A stretch of 64,000 nucleotides of DNA. It comes from an uncultured delta proteobacterium (GTDB taxonomy: Bacteria; Desulfobacterota; Desulfobacteria; Desulfobacterales; Desulfatirhabdiaceae). Under the pieces are notes generated by a model, which was not told the DNA's origin, made no database searches, and was given only the letters and a program-made list of their open reading frames with translations. The stretch covers positions 160,001 through 224,000 of the forward strand of contig CAWBKP010000022.1 of the NCBI GenBank assembly GCA_963789395.1. Reading direction: 5' to 3'. Positions 23,473 to 34,156 of this stretch are shown here, piece after piece (positions within the stretch are counted from its first letter, which is position 1; the number at the start of each line of letters is the position of its first letter). The translations under genes and the position numbers were made by a program.

Positions 23473-24600
23473 GTGATGCTCCCTTTACCCCCTTTGACAC
23501 GGGATTCACGGATTTTTGTCGCAGGCCATCGCGGCATGGTGGGATCGGCGATTGTGCGACTGCTGAAGGCCGGCGGCTATCACCACGTGATTACCCGGAC
23601 TCGCCAGGAACTGGACTTGTTGGATCAAGAAGCCGTACGCCGGTTTTTTCAGTCCGAACCCATTGATTATGTCGTTCTTGCGGCTGCAAAAGTCGGCGGG
23701 ATTCTTGCCAATAACACGTATCGGGCGGATTTCATCTATCAGAATCTGATGATCGAATGCAACGTAATTCATGAGGCTTTCAGCGCAGGCGTCCGGCGCC
23801 TGATGTTTCTGGGAAGCTCTTGTATTTACCCCAAACATGCGCCTCAGCCCATGAAAGAGACCTATCTGCTTTCCGGAGTTCTTGAGCCCACCAACCAGCC
23901 CTATGCCATTGCAAAAATCGCCGGTATCGAGTTATGTCAGTCTTATAACCGCCAGTACCAAACACGGTATCGGTGTGTCATGCCCACCAATCTCTATGGC
24001 CCGAACGATTCCTATGACCTGGACAATTCCCATGTCCTGCCGGCGCTGATTCGAAAATTTCACCTGGCAAGGCTGGCGGAAACCGGCGACTGGCGTGCCG
24101 TTCAGAAAGACGAAGCTATTTTTGGAACGATTCCGGAGTCATTTCGAACACATTTAGGGGTCCCCTTGCGTAACGGGATGGACATCTCAAAAGGGGAGCC
24201 CCTGAAACCTTCAGGTCCCGGATTCACAAACGTACTGCTGTGGGGAACCGGCACTGCCCGGCGAGAGTTTCTTCATGTGGATGACATGGCATCGGCAACT
24301 GTTTTTGTCATGCAGCTTGAGGACAGCCATTATGACCAGGCAACGCAAAACGGACATATTACCCATATCAACATCGGAACCGGAGAGGATTTAACCATTG
24401 GCGAGCTGTCGGAAAAAGTGCAGGCCGTGACCGGGTATTCGGGCAGGGTGCTCTGGGACCCCTCCCGGCCCGATGGAACGCCTCAAAAACTTCTGGATGT
24501 TTCCGTCTTGAACCGATTGGGGTGGAAACCCGCTATTTCGCTGCAGGAAGGACTTCAGCAAACCTATCGGGCGTATCAGGCGATGGCTGACAGTTCATGA
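23473..24600 (+). CDS. fcl: GDP-L-fucose synthase
   Basis: IFVAGHRGMVGSA, AAAKVGGI, GSSCIYP, YAIAK and SHVLPAL motifs; carries an insertion before VLLWGTG. Confidence 0.95.
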   Translation: MMLPLPPLTRDSRIFVAGHRGMVGSAIVRLLKAGGYHHVITRTRQELDLLDQEAVRRFFQSEPIDYVVLAAAKVGGILANNTYRADFIYQNLMIECNVIHEAFSAGVRRLMFLGSSCIYPKHAPQPMKETYLLSGVLEPTNQPYAIAKIAGIELCQSYNRQYQTRYRCVMPTNLYGPNDSYDLDNSHVLPALIRKFHLARLAETGDWRAVQKDEAIFGTIPESFRTHLGVPLRNGMDISKGEPLKPSGPGFTNVLLWGTGTARREFLHVDDMASATVFVMQLEDSHYDQATQNGHITHINIGTGEDLTIGELSEKVQAVTGYSGRVLWDPSRPDGTPQKLLDVSVLNRLGWKPAISLQEGLQQTYRAYQAMADSS

Positions 24601-25707
24601 AAAACACCCGGGTTATGGAAGACATGGAGCGGCGCATCCTTCACGGCTTGTCGTGTGAATGGGAAGCTGCGCTGGAGGCTGTCTCTGCAGACGCTTCGAA
24701 AACGGATGCGAAAGCCTTTGTTCGCATTGCGGGATTTCAAAAACCGGTTGGGATACTGGTCATCTGAAAAGCGGGAAATCGGTCTCAGCCTGCAGTTTGC
24801 CATGAACCATTCCTGGAATGATATCCGCGAGGTGTTTCTGCATGAAATGGCTCACCAGGTTGCAACGGAAGCTTTTAATGCCTATCAGGAGCCGCCTCAT
24901 GGCCCCAGTTTTCAGAATGCCTGCCGGCTTTTAAAGGCCGACCCCAGTGCGACCGGAATATATGTTCCCTTCAGCCAAAGGGTTTTTCAGGCTGCTGAAT
25001 CCGAGAGCGATAGAATCCGGCGCCGGATTCAAAAACTCATGGCGCTGGCTCAAAGCAGCAATCTTTTTGAGGCAGAGGCTGCCATGGTCAAGGCCCACGA
25101 GCTTATGGCCGGATATGAGATCAAGCAGATCGTTCACAATGCTCCCAGGGAGTATCTCAGTATTTTTGTTGGAAAGCCGGCCCTCAGGCATTTCCGGGAG
25201 GCGTATTCCCTTGCCCTGCTCTTGATGGATTTTTATTTTGTGAATGGTATATGGATCGGGGCCTATGTGATTGAAAAAGAAAAAATGGGCAGGGTTCTGG
25301 AAATCAGCGGAACTGCGCAGAATCTTCAGATAGCCAGTTACGTATATGATTTTATTCGCCAGTTTATTGAATCGGCGTGGAACAAATACAATGTGGGCGG
25401 CAAATTGAACCGTTATCGAAAAACAGATTTTTCAACAGGAATTATTTCCGGATTCAGAATGAGGCTGGAGCAGGAATCGTCGGCCATCAGAGGAGAATCG
25501 CCGTCGCTTTCACCGGTCCCGATTCACGATATCCAGTTGAAACAGTATGTCAGGAAACGGTATCCACGCCTGAGAACCATTCTGAGAAAAGGCGGGAGTT
25601 GTCATTCCGAGGTGGTATCGGATGGAACGGAAATCGGGAAAACGCTGGTGATTCGAAAAGGGATTTCGCAGCCTGCCTGCGATGGTCCAACGCGATTTCT
25701 GGAATAA
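24597..25707 (+). CDS. SprT-like zinc metalloprotease with DUF2786-like domain (apparent frameshift near 24680)
   Basis: HEMAHQ...PHGPSF zincin motif; IQKLMALAQSSNLFEAEAA; N-terminus MKNTRVMEDMERRILHGL in another frame, with ATGA overlap to fcl. Confidence 0.75.
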
Positions 25708-25713
25708 CGGTTT

Positions 25714-27150
25714 TTATTGTATCGCCGGTGCGGCATTATGTGCGATCGGCAATTCAATGATCACGCGAACGCCGGATGCTCCCTTCCGGTTTTCGACCCG
25801 AATGCAGCCGTTATGGGATTCAATGATGTTTTTTACAATACCCAATCCAAGCCCGGTCCCTTTTTCCTTGGTGGTGAAAAACGGATCCCAGATTTTTTCA
25901 AGCAAATCTTCCGGTACGCCGGGTCCTTCATCTTCTATGCAGACAGTGACAATACCGATAGCGGACTGGATACTGACCTGAATTTTTCCGCCATCCGGCA
26001 TAGTCTGGATTGCATTCATGAAAATATTTAGAAAAGCCTGGTAAAGCATGTCCGAATCAGCCTGAATTTCGGGAAGATGATGGGCAAACTGCTTGACAAT
26101 AATATACCCCTGACCCTGAATTTGAGGGGTGATAAATAGAATGTTCTTTTCGAGAATGTCTTCGATGCGGCAGGCTGAAAGCTGCGGCAGCCTGGGTTTG
26201 GCGAAATTAAGAAAATCCGTGATGATAAGATTGAGACGGCTGGACTCCTCAACGATAATATCGGGGATGGCGTTGGATGGATCGAATTGGGCAACTTTTT
26301 TCTTTAAAAGCTCCGCAGAACTTCTGATAATGCCCAAAGGATTCCGGATCTCATGGGAGATTCCCGCCACCATCCCCCCCAGTGAGGACAACCGCTCCGA
26401 CTGCGCCAGTTTCTCCTTTAGACTGAGCTGCTCGAGTGTCCGCTGCTGAATGATGGCTTCACCGCGCTGCACCACATAAATAAGCACGCCAATCAGAATG
26501 CTCATGACCGCGATACAGGTTGCAATCACCAGCAATTGAAAGCGCAGTATGGTCTGATAATCCTCCGAGATATCCTGTACAATCTCCACAACTCCCAGAA
26601 CAGGTCCGGAAATGCGCAGAAACTGCCGTTCCGCCCGAATCGGCGCAAATGTTGTCAGCCAGCTTTCCTTGGGGAACCCCAAGGGAATTTCCAAGAAATT
26701 TCCGCGCTGAACCAACGTGGAAGTCGGTGTTCCGGAAATGGCGTATTCAAAGCCGGTTCCCCCCATATTTTTCCGGCCGATGAGTTGTTTGTCAAAACTG
26801 TACGAAATGGTATTGTTGGTATCGTAGATATTGACCATATCCACTTTGTAACTATGGAGCGTGCTACGGACAATGGTGTCCATTCTTTCGAACTGATCCG
26901 GATTGCTGAGTTCGATTTTCCCAAATTTCAAGACAACCGGAATGATGAATTGCAGAAAAACCTGATGGTTCAGATTTTCAACCAGAACCAGAGCATATTC
27001 CTCGCTTTTTTTTAATTGCATTGCCCTTGCCCAGTGAATGTTCAAAAAACTCAGCACAAGGGCGCCAATAAAAATAACCACCAGACTGATAATCGTAAAA
27101 AATTTGACCAGTCTGAAGGGTTTTCTTTTGTCGGAGTCTGTCAGGGCCAT
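25714..27150 (-). CDS. Membrane sensor histidine kinase (NtrB-like)
   Basis: Two TM segments; H-box SHEIRNPL; N-box NIFMNAIQ; G-boxes DEGPG, PFFTTK and GTGLGL. Confidence 0.92.
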   Translation of the reverse strand: MALTDSDKRKPFRLVKFFTIISLVVIFIGALVLSFLNIHWARAMQLKKSEEYALVLVENLNHQVFLQFIIPVVLKFGKIELSNPDQFERMDTIVRSTLHSYKVDMVNIYDTNNTISYSFDKQLIGRKNMGGTGFEYAISGTPTSTLVQRGNFLEIPLGFPKESWLTTFAPIRAERQFLRISGPVLGVVEIVQDISEDYQTILRFQLLVIATCIAVMSILIGVLIYVVQRGEAIIQQRTLEQLSLKEKLAQSERLSSLGGMVAGISHEIRNPLGIIRSSAELLKKKVAQFDPSNAIPDIIVEESSRLNLIITDFLNFAKPRLPQLSACRIEDILEKNILFITPQIQGQGYIIVKQFAHHLPEIQADSDMLYQAFLNIFMNAIQTMPDGGKIQVSIQSAIGIVTVCIEDEGPGVPEDLLEKIWDPFFTTKEKGTGLGLGIVKNIIESHNGCIRVENRKGASGVRVIIELPIAHNAAPAIQ

Positions 27151-27625
27151 TGGCGTGTGGGAAATGGAAGGGTAAAGATGCCTTCTTGTTTAATGGTTTT
27201 TTTCATTAAAGGGTTATAGGCAACACGGATTTCAATGTCAAGGCAAAGTCCACGGCAATTACGGGAGAACGTGCTTGTCGGTCAGAAAACCCGGTCGTGA
27301 TTCAAATATGGTGTGTGATTGGATAGAAGTAGTACCGAAGGCTCGATATGCTCATAAAAGAAACCAGAACTCCTGCGTTTCTGAAAGAAAGCGACCCCCC
27401 TGAAAAACCGGTTTGCAAAAAATCGTTTGAAAATTTACAATTTTTGTCAATGGCCCGTGTATCGTATCCAGTATTTTACGAAAATTCGCGCAAACCAAAC
27501 AACGTTACAAAAATAACAATCAGCAGCTAAATGCCCTTGCAGTATGATTTTTTGAATGGATTTTTCGTATTTTCAGTCAGATGCGTTATGATTTGTTGTT
27601 TATAAATTGATTTTATTGCATATTC

Positions 27626-27641
27626 CGGTATGCTAATTGCT
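27626..27641 (+). promoter_or_regulatory. Candidate sigma54 promoter oriented toward pilM
   Basis: CGGTATGCTAATTGCT (GG-N10-GC) in the AT-rich intergenic region. Confidence 0.55.
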
Positions 27642-27956
27642 TGCAAATTATCAACTCTAAGCAGAAATCATTTTTTTTGTATTAAATCAACTTTCGACAA
27701 CATACCGTTTTTTGTTCTTTTGTTTTTCATCAAATAAAATACACGTAATTTTAAGGAGTTATTTGATATCAGTATGTTATGATTGATTGGTTGGTATCAA
27801 TATAAAAAAAATGAATGAATCCTCAGTATAAAAAAAACGAAAGCAAGTTTTATCATGAAAAAAATATTGACTATTTCATTATTTAAGGGCAAGTGTAAAT
27901 TTAAAATAAATATTGGCTGAATAATCAAATCGATACCGGGTCAATTTGTCTGTTGA

Positions 27957-27969
27957 CAAGTATTTGATA
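27957..27969 (-). promoter_or_regulatory. IHF consensus site upstream of pilM
   Basis: Minus strand TATCAAATACTTG matches WATCAANNNNTTR. Confidence 0.4.
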
Positions 27970-28080
27970 GGTTGCACAGAGGTTAGCGTTGGTTTATCAT
28001 GACATATCCACCGGATAATGCCGACTGAAATGAATTCATGAAAAACAACAGTAAACATCCAAACAGGCTTTAACCCACAA

Positions 28081-29136
28081 ATGCTATTCGCAAAAAAAAA
28101 TCATCTGGTCGGCCTTGATATCGGTTCCAAAGCTATTAAGCTGTGCGAGGTCTTCGAAACCCGCCAAAGTGGATTTGAGCTGAACAAATTCGGAATGATC
28201 TCTATACCGAATGGGGCGATTGAAGATGGTGTTATAAAAGATTCAGAAACCGTTTCACAGGCTATTCGGGAACTGTTCAAAGCCCAGAAGGTCAGAGAAA
28301 AAAATGTGGCTGTTTCCATCGGCGGGTATTCTGTCATTGTAAAAAAAATTCAGGTACAGAGCATGACAGACGCCGAACTGCATGAGACCATACATTTTGA
28401 GGCGGAACAGTACATCCCTTTTGATATCAACGATGTGAATCTGGATTTCCAGATCCTGGGCGAGAGCCCTCTTGTTGCCAACAAACTGGACGTGATTCTG
28501 GTCGCTGCCAAAAAAGAACTGGTCGATGAATATGTCAATCTGATTGAATTGTCCGGTCTGCGGCCATGTGTTGTCGATATCGATGCCTTTGCGCTTCAAA
28601 ATATTTACGAAGCGAATTACGATACCAAGGAAGATGTCGTGGCCTTGATTGATATCGGTGCAGGCAAGACATCCCTGAATATTGTCAGGGAAAGCGCTAC
28701 GTTATTCATGCGGGATGTGTCTCTTGGATGCAATCAAATTAATCATAAAATCTCGGATAAAGTGGCCTGCTCTCTGGAAGATGCTGAAGAGATCAAGATC
28801 ACAGGCAAGTCCGACAAGATAACACCTCTGGAAATTGCAGACATCGTCTCTTCCGTGATTGGTGACTGGTGTCTTGAAATCCGCAGGGCCATTGATTTTT
28901 TCTATTCAACGTATCCGGATGATCAGATCAGCAAGATTTTGATAAGCGGCGGGGGCGCAAACATAACGGAATTTAGGCATACTCTGGCTTCGGAGACTGC
29001 ATCGGAGGTTGAAATCATCAACCCTTTTGGTAAATTTACCATAGATAAACGGCTTGATCCTTCTTTTCTCGAAAAGATATCCCCCCAGGCTGCAATATGT
29101 ATGGGATTGGCCATTCGGAGAATTGATGACAAATGA
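28081..29136 (+). CDS. pilM: Type IV pilus assembly protein PilM
   Basis: VGLDIGS, EAEQYIPFD, LIDIGAG and ISGGGA actin-like motifs; first gene of pilMNOPQ. Confidence 0.95.
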   Translation: MLFAKKNHLVGLDIGSKAIKLCEVFETRQSGFELNKFGMISIPNGAIEDGVIKDSETVSQAIRELFKAQKVREKNVAVSIGGYSVIVKKIQVQSMTDAELHETIHFEAEQYIPFDINDVNLDFQILGESPLVANKLDVILVAAKKELVDEYVNLIELSGLRPCVVDIDAFALQNIYEANYDTKEDVVALIDIGAGKTSLNIVRESATLFMRDVSLGCNQINHKISDKVACSLEDAEEIKITGKSDKITPLEIADIVSSVIGDWCLEIRRAIDFFYSTYPDDQISKILISGGGANITEFRHTLASETASEVEIINPFGKFTIDKRLDPSFLEKISPQAAICMGLAIRRIDDK

Positions 29137-29715
29137 TACGGATTAATCTACTGCCTTTTCGTAAGGCGCGAAAAAAAGAAAATGTGCGGCAGCAGATTTC
29201 TGTCTTTATTCTTGCGCTGATATTCCTGACGTTGGGCATGTCTTATATCGCGGCTAGCTCTCGAACGGAAGATTCATGTTTTGGATAACCGTATTAAAAC
29301 TTCCACGCAGCAACTGAACGAGTTGACCGTATTGACCAAAGAAATCGATGAAATCAAAAACAAACTTGCCACCATCAAGAAAAAAACAGCGGTAATTAAA
29401 AATCTGGAACTCAACCGCAAGTCTTCCGTTATTCTTCTGGACACTATGACCAGCATGGTGATTCCAGGCCGTATGTGGTTTACCAGCCTGTCCGCCATGG
29501 ACGACACTGTGGGAATCAATGGACTTGCCCTGGACAACAAGACAGTGGCGGATTTCATGATTCAGTTGGAAGGCTCAAAACTCTTTTCAAGTGTCAGTCT
29601 CAAAACCCTCAAACAACAGAACATCAAAGATATCATACTGAAAAATTTCGAAATATCATGCAGGAAAGTTATTGTACTCGATAAAGATTCTTCTGAAAAG
29701 GCCGCCAAGAAATGA
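29133..29715 (+). CDS. pilN: PilN (apparent frameshift near 29255)
   Basis: MIRINLLP from ATG 29133, TM helix, continues in the ORF 29281-29715 frame (MWFTSL, VADFM). Confidence 0.9.
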
Positions 29716-30392
29716 AATTATCCGGCATCTCTCTTGAATCCCTGGAGCCGGCGATAGAAAAAATAGCCGGTCTGACTCCGATTCAACGGATTATGATATG
29801 TGTGCTGACGGTTGGGTTTCTGGCAGGTGTATTCGGTTATTTTTATTATTATCCCCAGTATATCCAGCTGGATAAAATGACCGTGCAACTGAAACAGCTC
29901 GAGCAGCAACTGGCTACTGCCAGGACGGCTGCCGCACAGATTGGAAAATTCAGGCAGGAAATGAAAGATGCCGAAGAAGACTTCCGGGTCACTCGTAATG
30001 CATTGCCGGATAAAGAAGAAATTCCGCTGCTCCTGACAAGTGTGTCGCAGTTTGGTCATGATGCGGGGCTGGAATTCATCCTGTTTGAACCCAAGCCGGA
30101 AATCATCAAGGATTTTTATGCTGAAATACCTGTTTCAATAACAGTATTGGGAAGTTATCATCAAGTCGGCGTGTTTTTCGACAAGGTTTCCAATCTGAAC
30201 CGGATTGTCAATATCAAGGATATCAAGATGGCCCCGCCTGGCAGGGACATCAAGATGACGCCGTCCGCCAGTGACGCAACCCGGCTGATTACTTCCTGTA
30301 CGGCAGTTACCTATAAATTTGTGGAAACGCCTGTGGCAGATCAAAAAAAAGATGCTGCCAAGGGAGCCAAGAAACCAGCCACAAACAAATAG
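29712..30392 (+). CDS. pilO: PilO
   Basis: TM and coiled coil; LPDKEEIPLLL, FYAEIPV, GSYHQVGVFF and LNRIVNI motifs. Confidence 0.93.
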   Translation: MKLSGISLESLEPAIEKIAGLTPIQRIMICVLTVGFLAGVFGYFYYYPQYIQLDKMTVQLKQLEQQLATARTAAAQIGKFRQEMKDAEEDFRVTRNALPDKEEIPLLLTSVSQFGHDAGLEFILFEPKPEIIKDFYAEIPVSITVLGSYHQVGVFFDKVSNLNRIVNIKDIKMAPPGRDIKMTPSASDATRLITSCTAVTYKFVETPVADQKKDAAKGAKKPATNK

Positions 30393-30412
30393 TCTGAAAT
30401 GAAGACACCTAT

Positions 30413-31079
30413 ATGATTCAGTTATCCAAAATCGTAGTGGTTTTTTTCTTGACAGGCGTGTTTTTCTCCATTGCAGGATGCAGCAATCCCGAAACGCCGC
30501 AGCTGAAACCGGAGATCGTCCGCAAGAAAATTTCTGAAAAGCCGGAGAGTGTAACGCCCGGGCATACATCTGGAACGGATGCTTCCCAGCCTTCTGATGC
30601 GTCTTCAAAAAAACTTCAAGCTCATGATAGTCAGGCCGACGCCATCCCCAAACAAACTGCTGCAGAGGGCAAGAAACCCGCACTCGGGGCCGACAATATC
30701 CATTTCTGTTTCTTATAATCCCGCAGGAAAAATTGATCCATTCGCTCCATTGGTTAAGGATGAACCAGTAAAGCCGCTGCAGGATGAAAAGTCAAAAAGG
30801 GAAAAACGTGAGCCGGCCACGCCCCTTGAACTGGTTGATTTAAGTCAGCTGAAGCTGACAGCCGTGATCCGGACGCCATCGGGTTTTAAGGCGATGGTGG
30901 AGGAAACTACCGGCAAGGGGTATATCGTCGGGATAGGCACCTATATGGGGATTCATTCCGGTAAAGTGGTTAATATATTTAAAGATCGAATTGTTGTGGA
31001 AGAAGAAGTTGAAGATGCCCTGGGCAATATTGCCAGTCGTAACTCAGAACTCAAATTCCAGAAACCTTCCGGAGAATAG
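30413..31079 (+). CDS. pilP: PilP lipoprotein (apparent frameshift near 30700)
   Basis: Lipobox IAGC in the first ORF; YNPAGKIDPF, PLELVDLSQLKLTA and GYIVGIG in the second ORF. Confidence 0.9.
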
Positions 31080-31083
31080 TAGT

Positions 31084-33500
31084 ATGAAGTGTAACTCTTT
31101 TTGGATATCCCGATACATCAAGCTGCCGGTTCTGCTGATGTTATTTTTTGGCATGGCAATAGGATGCGCCACGGATACGGGTGTCCGGCCAGCCGCGCAA
31201 GACAATCCGCAGACAGACATTCCCAAACAAATCATGGGGGTTCAGTTTTCAAAAGAATCCGATGCGGATTTGGTGAATATCCAGGGGAATACGATTCTGT
31301 CTTATACATCCATCAAACAGCCCTCTCCATTGAGCGTTATTTTATACTTTCCCGAGACGGGTGTCGGCGATGTGATGCCGTTGACGCCGGTCAATGCCGA
31401 TATGATTCGTGATGTAGCGGTTTCACGGGTGGGGGACACCCAGACCACCAAAGTTGAAATTGCCTTGACAAAAGACGTTCCGTATCAGGTTCAGCGTGAA
31501 GGTGACAGTTTGATAGTGTCTTTTACCAGAAAGACGACGGAAGCCTCTGCACAAGTTTCCGCTCCGCCTGTCACGGAAACGTCCATACCGGAATCAAACC
31601 CGACTTCGACAAACGAAAGTGCGGCTAACACCACACTCAGCCGGACATATCCGGTCAATACTTCGAAAAAAGGAGCTTCTTCAAAATCCACGGGCGTTGC
31701 GTGGGTGAATCGAATTGATTTTTCCAGTGATAAAAATGGAAAATCCTCGGTAATTGTCGGCACCACAAAGCCGGTTGAGTATCGCATGGAAAAGGTATCT
31801 CCGACAGCTGTTCAATTAAGGCTTTACCACACCAATATTTCGGAGTTTCGAAAGCTGCCCCTTATCACTACGCGGTTTGAAAGTGCAGTTGACCGGATTC
31901 TTCCCATGCAGACGCCTGCCATGAAAACCGACTCCATCATCGCTATGGATCTTCGGCAAGCGGTTCCCTATTTTGTTGATCAGGAAGGCGATGTGATCCG
32001 AATCCGTTTTGATGCCTCTTCCATTCCGCCCAAGCCTGATGCGCCGCTGACGACGGCGTTTGTTGGAAAATCTGCAGAAAGTCAGCCGGCCGCTACTGAA
32101 GAAGCTCAGTACGAGCGCAGTGCGAGAAAGACCGGTGAAACGAAGACCGTTTCTCCGGAAACCCGTCGATCCGGTGTTTACAGAAGCGATATCCCCAAGG
32201 TCTATTCGGGTGAGAAAATGGGAATCGACTTTTTTGATACGGACATCCGCAATGTTTTCCGGCTTCTGGCAGATTTTAGCGGCCAGAATTTTGCAATTGA
32301 CAAGGATGTTCAGGGAAAGGTGACGCTGGCATTTGAAAAACCAGTTCCCTGGGATCAGGTTCTGGATCTGGTTCTCAGAATGAATCAACTGGACAAGATC
32401 GATGAGGGAGGGGTTATTCGTATTGCCAGGCTGAAAACGCTGGAGGATGAAGAAAAAGCCAAGCAGCAGTTCTTTGAAGCGGAAAAAAGAGCCAAAGAGC
32501 AAAGTCTGGAGCTGGAACCGGTAGTACCGAGTATATATCGGTGAATTACGCCAAAGCCAAAGACGACATGATGCCGCAGGTTGAAAAGTTGATCACCCCG
32601 AACCGCACGGATTGTTCCATTTCCGTGGATGAGCGGACCAATCAGTTGATTGTTACGGATACCGCCCGCAAGGTCAAACTGATTCAATCGGTTGTTCTGA
32701 AGCTGGACCGGGTTACGCCTCAAGTCGTGATCGAGGCCAAAATCGTTGAGACCTCTACGGATTTTTCGCGGGAATTTGGCGTTAAATGGAATGCCGCATG
32801 GGGAATCCTGAATAGCGATCCCAATGCCGGAGTCGGTCCTCAGCCGGGATATGGCACCTGGGGCGGAACCCATGGGGGGACTTCGTCAGTGAATTTTCCG
32901 CTGGCGTCGGATCGGACCGGAACCATCGGGTTTAATTTTATGCGGCTTGCAGGTACACCGCTTGTCATCGATGCCCAACTCCAGGCCATGGAGCACAATA
33001 AAAAAGGGAAAATCATATCCGCGCCCAAGATATTGACGTTGGACAATAAAGAGGCGTTTATCGAACAGGGGCTGGAAGTCGGGTATCTGGTGCCGCCGAC
33101 ACAGGCTGGAGCTGCGGCGACAGTCGGCTTTAAGGATGTCAAACTGACACTCAAGGTGACGCCGCAGATTACCCAGGATAACCGGGTTGCCATGAAGATC
33201 GTGATCGAAAAGAAGGATGTTTTCAGCTACATTAATGATATACCGAGTCTCACCACGAAAAAAGCAACGACTGAGCTGCTGGTGGATGACGGCGACACCC
33301 TGGTGATCGGCGGCATTACCAAATCTACGGATACAGGCGATGACAATGGCGTTCCCTGGTTGTCGAAAATCCCGGTCCTGGGGTATCTGTTCGGTATCAA
33401 AAGAGACGTTAAGAACCAGGAAGAGCTTCTGATTTTTATTACGCCAAGAATTGTCCAGCTCGATCAGCGGGCAGATAAAGGCAGGTCGCCTGCGAGCTGA
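31084..33500 (+). CDS. pilQ: Type IV pilus secretin PilQ (apparent frameshift near 32530)
   Basis: Lipoprotein-like signal, AMIN-like region, DTDIRNVF and VPWDQVL; second ORF has the secretin domain (QVVIEAKIVE, VPWLSKIPVLGYLF, ELLIFITPRI). Confidence 0.93.
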
Positions 33501-33672
33501 AAGCCGTTTGGCGTTAACTAAGATAAACTCGAAAAAGTCATATGCGGATTTATATACTCCTAAATTCGGCAGATTATGATTGAATATCCTGTCGAAAAAC
33601 GAAATATTTATGAATTCACCAACCCGTAATGTGTTGAAATATTAACCTGCTGATTTTCTGATGAGGAGTGAC

Positions 33673-34080
33673 ATGAAGCGTTCTTTGGTTTTGAGTCTGG
33701 CGATTTTTCTGGTGTTGATTTTATTGGGCGGGTTCGGATGCGGCGGCGGATCCTCGTCAGGATTAAATACCAGTATAGCGACGGTGGTGCTTTCGGCCGA
33801 TCCCATCTCCATTCCTGCGGACAACATATCGTATTCAACGATTACCGCAGTATTGACTGCTGGAACCGGCTTCCCTCCGCCAATTGGAACACCCGTGCTG
33901 TTTTCGACGACTCTTGGTGTTTTTTCTAACAGCGCGAAAAGTTATAGCACAACGACCATTGATGAAATAGGTACGGCAAAGGCTACGCTGATTGCCGGTC
34001 TGACGCCGGGAACAGCCACCGTAACCGGCATTTCCGGCGATGCTATTGGCGTAGTCAAAGTTGAAATCATGTCTTTTTAG
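33673..34080 (+). CDS. Lipoprotein with a single Big_1 (invasin/intimin-type Ig-like) domain
   Basis: GAGGAG RBS; lipobox GFGC plus GGGSSS linker; LSADPISIPAD...STITAVL...GTPVLFSTTLG. Confidence 0.7.
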   Translation: MKRSLVLSLAIFLVLILLGGFGCGGGSSSGLNTSIATVVLSADPISIPADNISYSTITAVLTAGTGFPPPIGTPVLFSTTLGVFSNSAKSYSTTTIDEIGTAKATLIAGLTPGTATVTGISGDAIGVVKVEIMSF

Positions 34081-34156
34081 CGCAAAAATATATGTACCGT
34101 GATCGTTTCGCTGTATTTTTTGTAAATCGTTCCGGGTCAAAGGTGGCGGAGGAAAT

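Noticed and set aside
27241..27300. GGCAAA-containing stretch suggestive of a c-di-GMP-I riboswitch upstream of pil genes
   Set aside because: Lacks the GNRA-capped P2 stem and the following GACGCAAA element
27348..27530. 60-aa ORF in the kinase-pilM intergenic region
   Set aside because: No clear RBS or recognisable motif, and it overlaps likely regulatory DNA
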